Part shown: positions 57,200 through 64,000 of the stretch, piece by piece
Position numbering within the stretch: the stretch's first letter is position 1
Layout: every line of letters starts with the position of its first letter
Virus record (IMG/VR): IMGVR_UViG_2744054895_000001
Coordinates: 1-64,000 of that record
Strand: one strand, 5' to 3'
Source of the DNA: a virus
Lineage: Duplodnaviria > Caudoviricetes
Length of the DNA: 64,000 nt
The notes under the pieces: generated by a model
What the model saw: the letters and a program-made list of their open reading frames with translations, nothing else
Databases searched by the model: none
Told to the model about the DNA's origin: nothing
Made by a program: the position numbers and the translations under genes

Positions 57200-58804
57200 T
57201 CAGCTCTGGAGGAGCGCGTTGATGACTCCTGCGACGTAGGAGTGGCCGGCGTCGGACATGAGGACGGAATCCGTTCCTGCGGCTCCCGCATTTGCTGGGT
57301 CAGCCCAGTAGCCCAGCGAGTTCCAGTGGTTCCAGGAGTTGCGTCCCATGGCCCACAGGTTGATGACTGCTGCGTCGAAGGCGCGGGCGAGTCCGTCTGC
57401 GCGGTCGATGAAGTCCTGGTAGCAGAAGGTGGCCGTGTCGGCTGTGCCGACGTGTGGGAGCAGGATGACGATGTCAGTGGCCCCGGTTGCGGCACCGCCG
57501 TCGCGGATGTTCGACAGGTGCTGGCGTACGGATGTGGCCCATGCGTCAGCGTCGATTCCGCTGATGATGTCGTCGGCGCTGACCGCATAGATGACGAGGT
57601 CGCACGGGTAGTTGGGGCCGCCGTTCCAGGGCAGCTTCAGCGTCGGTAGGTACTCGCTCGCGACGGCGTTGCGACGGGCAAAGTTGTTGAGCACGATGCC
57701 GGTCGAGTTCTCGCCGGCGACGCCGAAAACGGAGAGGTACTGGCTGCTGGTGCCCGTGTGGGTCAGCTTGACCGTGTGGGTGCCTGCGGACAGGCCGGTG
57801 ACCTTGGTGGCGATGACGGCGCGACCGGTGGTGGCAGTGTCGGCGACAGCGACCGCGGTGCCGCTGTCGATGGTGTAGCTCCACGGCGAGTGCTGGCCGT
57901 CCGCGCCGAGGGTAAAGATCGTGACGCTGGTGCCCCTCACAGTGAAGGTGAGGGTGTGGCCGTTGGTCGAGCTGTAGAGATAGCCCCAGCCGGGACCTGC
58001 GGAGTAACCGCCGATGTTCCACGTGCCGGTTTGGCCGATCAGCTCACCGGAGCTGGTCCAGGTCGTGATGGCGGTGCTCTCCTGGCCGGCGATGCCCTGC
58101 GTGCTCAGCAGGGAGGTGTAGAAGCCGGTGCCTCCGTCGCCGTGGGTGCTCTGAAGTGAAGCGGCCAGCAGGCCGGGCCATGCCTTGGAGCGGAGCCTTG
58201 ATGCGAGGAAGCCGACGGTGGAGGAGCCGCCGATGACGGCGATGGTCGCCTTGCCGGCGCCGGCCTTCGCCGCGTCTCGCTTCGGGCGCCAGAACTCTCC
58301 CCAGGTGGAGGGGAGGGTGTAACCCTTCGTGCCCTGGAGCGTGGTGTTCGGGTTCGACGAGCCGCCGCCCGCGTCCGACGGGAGCTGGCTTGCGGTCAGT
58401 TTGCCGTCCGGGCCTAGGGACGCGATGCCGCCTGCTATGCCGACCTGGGAGACGTCGAGGACCGTGTGGCCGCCCTGCGTGAAGGTGCCGTCGGTGCCGA
58501 GTAGGGCAGGCCCGACACGCTTCAGGGTCACGTCAGGATCCTCAGCACCGGTCCCGAACCCGACGACACCATCCGGGGCGACCTGGAAGCGGGGCATAGT
58601 GTCGGTGTCCGTCTGTACGGTCAAGGCTGGCCCATGGTCTGCGGGCAGCGCCAGGTTCACGGGCTGGCGAAGGCGCTGGTAGCGGGCGTCGGCCTGCTCG
58701 TTGGTGATGTAGTCGGTGGACGTGGTGGTGCCAACGGTGGCGGTGTCCTCGTAGGTGGTCAGATTCTCTTCCACAAAGGCGTCAGGGTGTTCGTAGGTGG
58801 CCAT
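57200..58804 (-). CDS. Virion protein with SGNH/GDSL hydrolase-like domain
   Basis: IAVIGGSSTVG block I; C-terminal D...MSD.GH; fibre-like GIASL..DGK....QLP. Confidence 0.6.
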   Translation of the reverse strand: MATYEHPDAFVEENLTTYEDTATVGTTTSTDYITNEQADARYQRLRQPVNLALPADHGPALTVQTDTDTMPRFQVAPDGVVGFGTGAEDPDVTLKRVGPALLGTDGTFTQGGHTVLDVSQVGIAGGIASLGPDGKLTASQLPSDAGGGSSNPNTTLQGTKGYTLPSTWGEFWRPKRDAAKAGAGKATIAVIGGSSTVGFLASRLRSKAWPGLLAASLQSTHGDGGTGFYTSLLSTQGIAGQESTAITTWTSSGELIGQTGTWNIGGYSAGPGWGYLYSSTNGHTLTFTVRGTSVTIFTLGADGQHSPWSYTIDSGTAVAVADTATTGRAVIATKVTGLSAGTHTVKLTHTGTSSQYLSVFGVAGENSTGIVLNNFARRNAVASEYLPTLKLPWNGGPNYPCDLVIYAVSADDIISGIDADAWATSVRQHLSNIRDGGAATGATDIVILLPHVGTADTATFCYQDFIDRADGLARAFDAAVINLWAMGRNSWNHWNSLGYWADPANAGAAGTDSVLMSDAGHSYVAGVINALLQS

Positions 58805-58828
58805 GGGGCTCCTTGATGTGCCGGGCGC

Positions 58829-59359
58829 TCAGCGCTCGCCGGCTCCCGCTGCGGGGATGTACTGGGCGAAGACGGCGTCCGCAGTCAGCTCGTCGGGCTT
58901 GACCTCGACGGCGGTGATGGAGACGAGGACGTCCTGCCTGCGGATCTGTCCGAGGATGGACATTTGGGTGATGCGGAAGAGCCGGCCGTCGTAGGCGATG
59001 CGGTCCCGCAGGTACCAGTCGTTGTGGATGTCGGCTTGAGTGATGCCGATCTTTTGGATCTGGGCGAAGGCGGCGCTGACCTCCAGCGTGTCGACGGTGT
59101 AGAAACCGCGGTCGCCCTCCTGGTCACCCATCTCGGTGTGCGTCGCGTGCAGCACTGGCACGGCCCAGGGACCGTCGTAGGCCAGGCCGCCCTCATCGCC
59201 TTCGTCGTAGATGTCGTGGGATACGGAGCGGGTGTGGCTGTATCGCCAGTAGGCGATGACGTCGCCCGCGTGGCGCTGCCAGGCGCGCAGTCCCCGGTCA
59301 ATGCGCTCGCTCTCCTCGGTGGCGGAGAAGCGTCCGCGCTTCCAGTCGGCTCTGCTCAT
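58829..59359 (-). CDS. Putative head closure/neck protein
   Basis: D.IYDE, RGFY.VD.L, DRI.Y.G..F; head-tail region. Confidence 0.55.
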   Translation of the reverse strand: MSRADWKRGRFSATEESERIDRGLRAWQRHAGDVIAYWRYSHTRSVSHDIYDEGDEGGLAYDGPWAVPVLHATHTEMGDQEGDRGFYTVDTLEVSAAFAQIQKIGITQADIHNDWYLRDRIAYDGRLFRITQMSILGQIRRQDVLVSITAVEVKPDELTADAVFAQYIPAAGAGER

Positions 59360-60174
59360 GCAGCCCACCCGTTGTAGGTCGGGTTGGGGATGCCGGACGG
59401 GTCGACGTCGTGCTTGTCGATGTGCGGCAGGACGCGCTCGGGGTAGGCGTTGTCGTCGTACTCGCGGTCGACGTAGATCGGCACGTACCGGCCAGTGGTG
59501 CGCGATACGCGGCGCAGGGTGACCATCTCGATGCGGAAGAGCCCGATGTTGAGTTGCCGGCACAGCTCCTCGTAGCGGTCGGTCATCACCGATATCTGGT
59601 GCAGGACCTGGGTGTAGCGCTGTCCGCGGTTGACGTGGGTGCCCTCGCCCGTGGAGATGTCGACGTCCGAGGAGGCGTCGGTGGCGACGGCCCACAGCGC
59701 GTTGACGACGGCGAGGAGTACCAGGGGCAGTTCTTCGACGTCGGGCAGGTTCTCCAGCGTGAGCGGCTCGTCGGCGTAGCGGATGAAGCCGTTGGCTGAC
59801 CTGTACCGCACGGTGACGTGCCGGTTGTGGCAGTGCTGTAGCTCGGCATCCCGCAGGTGCTGAGCCAACTCCTCGTCCGTGAACATGCCGGCCGCCTGAC
59901 CCTCGACAATCAGCGTCTGGCCGAGCGGGAGCGGGGCGTGCTGGCCAAGAAGAGTGATGCGTCCCTCGCGGCCATCGACCTGGTAATCGGTGCCCGCGGC
60001 CAGGTCGGTGAGCACCTGGCCGCCCAGGAGGCTGACTCGGTTGAGGGTGACGTTGACCGAGCTGAGGTCGTAGTCGGTAAGTTCTCCCGTACCGGCAAGG
60101 ACGTCGCGGAAGGCACTTCCGAAGTCCCCGAGTTCGGAGCGTATGCGGGTGAGGATTCGGGTCAGCTCTGCCAT
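59356..60174 (-). CDS. Putative head-tail adaptor
   Basis: R.R.ELGD, FTDEEL, ID.....G..V.R.QRY. Confidence 0.6.
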   Translation of the reverse strand: MAELTRILTRIRSELGDFGSAFRDVLAGTGELTDYDLSSVNVTLNRVSLLGGQVLTDLAAGTDYQVDGREGRITLLGQHAPLPLGQTLIVEGQAAGMFTDEELAQHLRDAELQHCHNRHVTVRYRSANGFIRYADEPLTLENLPDVEELPLVLLAVVNALWAVATDASSDVDISTGEGTHVNRGQRYTQVLHQISVMTDRYEELCRQLNIGLFRIEMVTLRRVSRTTGRYVPIYVDREYDDNAYPERVLPHIDKHDVDPSGIPNPTYNGWAA

Positions 60175-60782
60175 GCGTCGAGCCCAACTGTCAGACCGCC
60201 AGTGTTGACCATGAGGGTCTCGTTCTGGCTCGCGGACACGGGGGTGTCGAGTTGCCAGACGACGTTGACGGCCCCGTCCGTGCCGCTGGCCGCAGTGACC
60301 AACGCAGCATGCGTCGCTACGACTCCCATGCCACCGGACGCCGTGAAGGGCCCGAAGAAGAGCGGGGTGGAGTTCAGTACCGCTGAGCCGCCTGAGCTGG
60401 GCGAGGTGGCGAGGTTGAAAGGCATCGCCTGTCGGCTGTAGCCCGTGGCTGCCACCTCCATCGTCGCCAAGTTCTCGAAACTGGTCTGCCGGCCGGGATC
60501 CCCGGTCAGCAGGGCGAGATAGGAGGTGCTGGGACCGTCGGTACGCGTGCCGATTAGACCGCTCAGCCAAGAGCCGCTTGTGTCCGCCTTGGCCTGGGTG
60601 GCGAAGGAGTTCAAGAAAGCCACCGGGAGGTAGCCGGCGAGTCCCGAAAAACCCTGCTGCTGGTACAGCTTGAGCAGGTAGCCGCGGATGGTCGTCGCCG
60701 TGGGCGGGCTGGCGGTCGTCGAGGTCGACGTCAGGAACTGGAGGGCCGCGCGCTCTCCGACCTGAGTGATGTATCCGGGCAT
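60162..60782 (-). CDS. Putative virion protein (paralog of 60782..61417)
   Basis: YLAL.T.DPG..GY.RQ..FGPFT..TH.ALVTAA.G shared with the neighbour. Confidence 0.6.
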   Translation of the reverse strand: MPGYITQVGERAALQFLTSTSTTASPPTATTIRGYLLKLYQQQGFSGLAGYLPVAFLNSFATQAKADTSGSWLSGLIGTRTDGPSTSYLALLTGDPGRQTSFENLATMEVAATGYSRQAMPFNLATSPSSGGSAVLNSTPLFFGPFTASGGMGVVATHAALVTAASGTDGAVNVVWQLDTPVSASQNETLMVNTGGLTVGLDAWQS

Positions 60783-61417
60783 CAGGCCACCTTGATCGTC
60801 AGCGAGCCGGCTTGAGCCAGCAGAGACTCGCCCTGGCTGGCGGTCACAGGAACGTCGAGCGTCCACACAGCGAGCACGGAGTAGTCGATCCCAGTCGCTG
60901 CTGTCACCAGAGCCATGTGCGTAACGGCAACCGCCGACCCGTTCGAATCAGTGAAGGGCCCGAAAACCGCGCTGCTGGAGAGGCTCACCTGCGACGGCAC
61001 ACCTGACTCAACGAGGAACTGGCCAGACAGCTTGGGAGCTGACAAAGACACGCTCTGCCGCTGGTACCCGGCCGCCTGAACCTCGTCCGGCAAACTGGTC
61101 GCGATATCCCCCGGATCAGCCGTGCACAACGCGAGATAGACAGCACCGCTTGGGTCGTCCGGGAGCGTCTCGATGGCGGCACGGACCGCAGCGGATCCCT
61201 GTGCCTCGACCTGGTCCAGGAAGTTGAGCAGGTATGCCTTGGGCACCCATGCGCCCGGAGCACTCAGGGCACCCCCACCCCAGTGACGCACCTGGTGCGC
61301 CTTCAGCATGCGGTCGGCCGCCACATCGGTGCCGGACGTGCTGTCCTCGCCTCCCCCAGTCATGAGCGTCAGGAGGGCATGGGATGCGAGTCGGGTGAGG
61401 TATCCGCCGGCCATCAT
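60782..61417 (-). CDS. Putative virion protein (paralog of 60162..60782)
   Basis: Same motif series as the neighbour. Confidence 0.6.
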   Translation of the reverse strand: MMAGGYLTRLASHALLTLMTGGGEDSTSGTDVAADRMLKAHQVRHWGGGALSAPGAWVPKAYLLNFLDQVEAQGSAAVRAAIETLPDDPSGAVYLALCTADPGDIATSLPDEVQAAGYQRQSVSLSAPKLSGQFLVESGVPSQVSLSSSAVFGPFTDSNGSAVAVTHMALVTAATGIDYSVLAVWTLDVPVTASQGESLLAQAGSLTIKVA

Positions 61418-61746
61418 GCACCGCCCGTCGGCGCCGGATCCGGGGTAGACGGGATAGCGGGCTGATCAGCCAGTAGTTCCTCGGGGGCCTCGTACAGGGT
61501 GAAGGCTCCCTCGAATGTGCTGAGCGCAATGGCCAGGGTGCGGTCCACGGTCGTGCCGGGGAAGGTCACTGTGTCGAGGTAGTTGGCGAGGACCACGTCC
61601 TCAACGGCAAAGCCGACGCCTGCCGTACCGGGCGGGACGATTTCGAACGGCGTCACCACAGCGCCCTGCGGGACCGAGCCCACACCGCTGCCGTATCCGC
61701 CTTCAGCCGTCAGCTCGAAGGGCTGGCCGAGCTGGATGTCAGTCAC
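61414..61746 (-). CDS. Hypothetical protein
   Basis: 110-aa ORF with AGGAG RBS. Confidence 0.55.
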   Translation of the reverse strand: MTDIQLGQPFELTAEGGYGSGVGSVPQGAVVTPFEIVPPGTAGVGFAVEDVVLANYLDTVTFPGTTVDRTLAIALSTFEGAFTLYEAPEELLADQPAIPSTPDPAPTGGA

Positions 61747-61773
61747 GAGATATCTCCTGGGAGGGCGCAGAGG

Positions 61774-61803
61774 AAAAGGGGAGAGAGCAGCACCCCTCTC
61801 CCC
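61774..61803 (-). terminator. Intrinsic terminator
   Basis: ggggagag/ctctcccc stem with UUUU on the minus strand. Confidence 0.55.
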
Positions 61804-61821
61804 CGCGGGCTCGGGGCTGGC

Positions 61822-62175
61822 TCAGTGCCAGACCAGGCCCTTCTCCTCCAGGTGGTTCGCGACGAACGCCGGCACCCGGTACGGAACACCGACCTCGAAG
61901 GTGAAGTAGTTGCCCTGGCCGATGACGACGTCGGTGAGGTTGGCGTTCACGCGGATCTCTCGCGGAGCCTCCTCGACGACGACCGGCTGCTCCTCGACCT
62001 CGGGCTTGGGGTTCTCGACCAGGTCGACGACGACGTCCGACTTCTCCGACTCCGCGACGATCGTGGCCGTCGCCATGGACTTCGCGCGCTCCTTGGCCTC
62101 GGCGTCACGCGCCTGCGCGAGCTTCTCCGCCTGGCGGCCGGTGAGGTCTCCGGCGGGCTTGCGGGCAGTCGTCAT
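61822..62175 (-). CDS. Hypothetical (capsid-associated) protein
   Basis: 117-aa ORF after the capsid gene, AGGAG RBS. Confidence 0.65.
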   Translation of the reverse strand: MTTARKPAGDLTGRQAEKLAQARDAEAKERAKSMATATIVAESEKSDVVVDLVENPKPEVEEQPVVVEEAPREIRVNANLTDVVIGQGNYFTFEVGVPYRVPAFVANHLEEKGLVWH

Positions 62176-62215
62176 GTGGTTCTCCTACTCAGGGAAGTTT
62201 TGTGAGGTTCCCACA

Positions 62216-62240
62216 GGCAGGCTCCGAGATGGAGCCTGCC
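62216..62240 (-). terminator. Hairpin downstream of the major capsid gene
   Basis: ggcaggctcc/ggagcctgcc perfect stem. Confidence 0.55.
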
Positions 62241-62285
62241 CGTAGAAGGTGAACGCGAAGGATGAAATTCGCATTCGTGAACGTT

Positions 62286-63129
62286 CTAGTTCGTCTCGGC
62301 GATGACGACCGAAGCGTCGGTGATCAAGCCGAGCCCGAAGATCGAATACCAGCTCAGCAGGTGTTCACGACCGAAGTCCTGGACGCCGCCGTCCCTCAAC
62401 TCGACCGGCAGGGAGATCGCATGACCGAAGGCATTGTCACCAATGCAAATACTCTGGTAGACGTCGGCAGGGGTCGCCCCGTTGCCGTTTCCGATCTTCT
62501 TGGTTTGGGTGGTCTCGATGAAGATCACGTCATCGATCCTGCCGATCTCGCCGAGGCTGAAGGCCCCCGGCTGCGCGTACTTCGAGGACTCGATCCAGGT
62601 CGGGTCCTCACGCAGCCAGCGCGATTGATGCGGATGCACGAAACACACGTAAACATCGCCCAATCGCGGGATGTTTCGGGTCGCGAGGGTCTCGACCATG
62701 TCCTTGACCAGGGCGGAGGTGAACCGGTGGTTGCCGGTCAGGCCGGCGCGGTTCGGGGCCGGGGCGCCCTTGTCGTAGGGGGAGATGCGGGTAATCGCGT
62801 TACCCGTGGTGGCGAACTTGTCGTAGCCGTAGAGCACGGAGGTGGCCTGGAGGAGCGTGTCCCGCGCCTGCTCGTCAAGGTACTTCGCCATGTTCCGCCC
62901 CAGGAGGCGAGAGCCGGACGCGAGCACGTCATCGAAGGACGAGTTGAGCAGGAGCTCGGAGACGGCGATGGCGTAGCCGTGCTCACTGACAGTAATCGAG
63001 AACTGACTGGCCGTCAGGGCATGGGTTTCCATGCGGACACCTTCGACGAGCTGCGAGGCGTCGCCGAGGTTGTCGTAACGCATGAAGTGGATCACGAGGC
63101 CGGGGCTGACCCCCAGCTCAGTCTTCTTG
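62286..63129 (-). CDS. Major capsid protein (N4-gp56-like), exon 2
   Basis: KKTELGVSPG..FMRY..L.EG..EHG..HP.Q...LR.D..GEIG..V.FIET..DFGR. Confidence 0.88.
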
Positions 63130-63417
63130 CAGCTCTGTTACCTCTCCCCTCAGGGAGCGGGCTGGTCATTTCTGCCAGCCTCTGCATCTTTCCCATTGAT
63201 GCAGGCCAGACTATATCTTCATCTCCAGTTCCAGTGGGCCGAAGCACCTAGCCACTGGGCCTGTTGGAGATGCCACCCGTGTAGTCGTTACGGAGTCCCA
63301 GGTGTTGGGTTCCCTCGGTATTCCCCGTGGTGACGAATGAGTGCTACGAGGAGGAGGGGTTCACCGATACAGGGCGGTTTTCACTGACAGGTCGCCCTGT
63401 CAGGCGGCCAATATCAA
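63130..63417 (-). ncRNA. Group I intron (288 nt, no homing endonuclease) in the major capsid gene
   Basis: P1 GCGGU/GCCGC; P AUCGGUGAA, Q AAUACCGAG, R GUAACGACUA, S AAGAUAUAGUC; P3 CCGCCC/GGGUGG; terminal G; removal restores FAV-KKTE. Confidence 0.9.
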
Positions 63418-63572
63418 ACCGCGAACTGCTCGAAGCGCAGGATCGGCATCGACTGGAACAGAATTTCCTTCGACCAGAGTTCCTGGATGGCCGGGGAAAG
63501 CTGCGAGTTCGCGCCGGCGTAGTTGGTCGGAGACGCCGACAGACGCGGCGTACCGGTGATGGCAGAAGCCAT
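63418..63572 (-). CDS. Major capsid protein, exon 1
   Basis: MASAITGTP...IQELWSKEILFQSMPILRFEQFA; joined product 332 aa. Confidence 0.85.
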
Positions 63573-63600
63573 GCTTTACATCCCTTACTGATGCGGCGGG

Positions 63601-64000
63601 TTAACCGAACATACCCTGACGCGCCGCGTTGCCAGCGGCCGGCAGGAGCTGGCCGCGGAGCTTGGCGTACTCGGACATGGGCATGTTCTTGATGTCGCCA
63701 GCGGAATACTGGCGGTAGCCGGCGTTCGTGTCGGCGGGACCGACGCCGTAACCGGTGGGAGCGGTGCCGCGCATCGAGGCCCGCGCAGCGACCTGGGTCT
63801 GCTGGATCTGGGCGACGATGGCAGCGCTCTTCTGCTTCATCAGCTCGACGCTGGCGCGCAGCTCGTCCTCGGTGTTGCCCTGGACGAGGTCGACCAGCTC
63901 GGGGGCGATGTCGTCGGCGGCCTGCGAGAGCAGTTCACCGCGGACGTTCTGGAGGCGCGTGTACTCCTGCTCGCGCGAGAACAACTCGCGGTCGGCCTCG
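63601..64000 (-). CDS. Capsid scaffolding protein (5' end outside the window)
   Basis: Helical protein; I..M.M.EYAK.R..LL C-terminus; directly upstream of the capsid gene. Confidence 0.65.
   Translation of the reverse strand, partial: EADRELFSREQEYTRLQNVRGELLSQAADDIAPELVDLVQGNTEDELRASVELMKQKSAAIVAQIQQTQVAARASMRGTAPTGYGVGPADTNAGYRQYSAGDIKNMPMSEYAKLRGQLLPAAGNAARQGMFG

Noticed and set aside
52803-63417. Capsid and tube interruptions as pseudogenes or sequencing errors
   Set aside because: Both inserts have complete group I core elements, and precise U|...G| excision restores the reading frame
1-64000. tRNA genes, integrase/att site, diversity-generating retroelement
   Set aside because: No cloverleaf, recombinase, reverse transcriptase or TR/VR pair was recognised by eye; they could lie outside the window

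Overview
A 64 kb segment of a large, high-GC actinobacterial (most likely Streptomyces) tailed phage or prophage with a contractile tail. Almost all genes lie on the minus strand. About 36.8-64 kb holds the virion genes: scaffold, N4-gp56-like major capsid, neck, sheath, tube, chaperone, tape measure, baseplate, tail fibres and holin. About 7.7-36.7 kb holds replication, recombination and nucleotide metabolism: initiator, DnaC-like loader, DnaB, primase, SNF2 helicase, SSB, C5 methyltransferase, PolA, class II RNR, RecA, WhiB, Cas4-like nuclease, RNA ligase, DpdA+YhhQ and RuvC-like resolvase. About 0.5-7.6 kb holds SpoVS, small ORFs, an amidase and a nucleotidyltransferase/HAD-like/TGT-like trio. 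No integrase, tRNA or CRISPR array was seen. Main signals missed by the ORF track: (1) two ORF-less group I introns that split the major capsid and tail tube genes and share a 30-nt identical 3' block; (2) the unspliced tube ORF ends in an ssrA-like tag (QLDWALAA) encoded by the intron, and about 15 non-structural proteins end in -AA; (3) a 12-bp-phased TTG-N5-CAA tandem array at four intergenic sites upstream of early/replication genes; (4) a likely +1 frameshift (UUU_CG) in the tail chaperone; (5) a poly-gamma-glutamate hydrolase fused to baseplate gp25. All family calls come from motif recognition by eye; no database searches were run.
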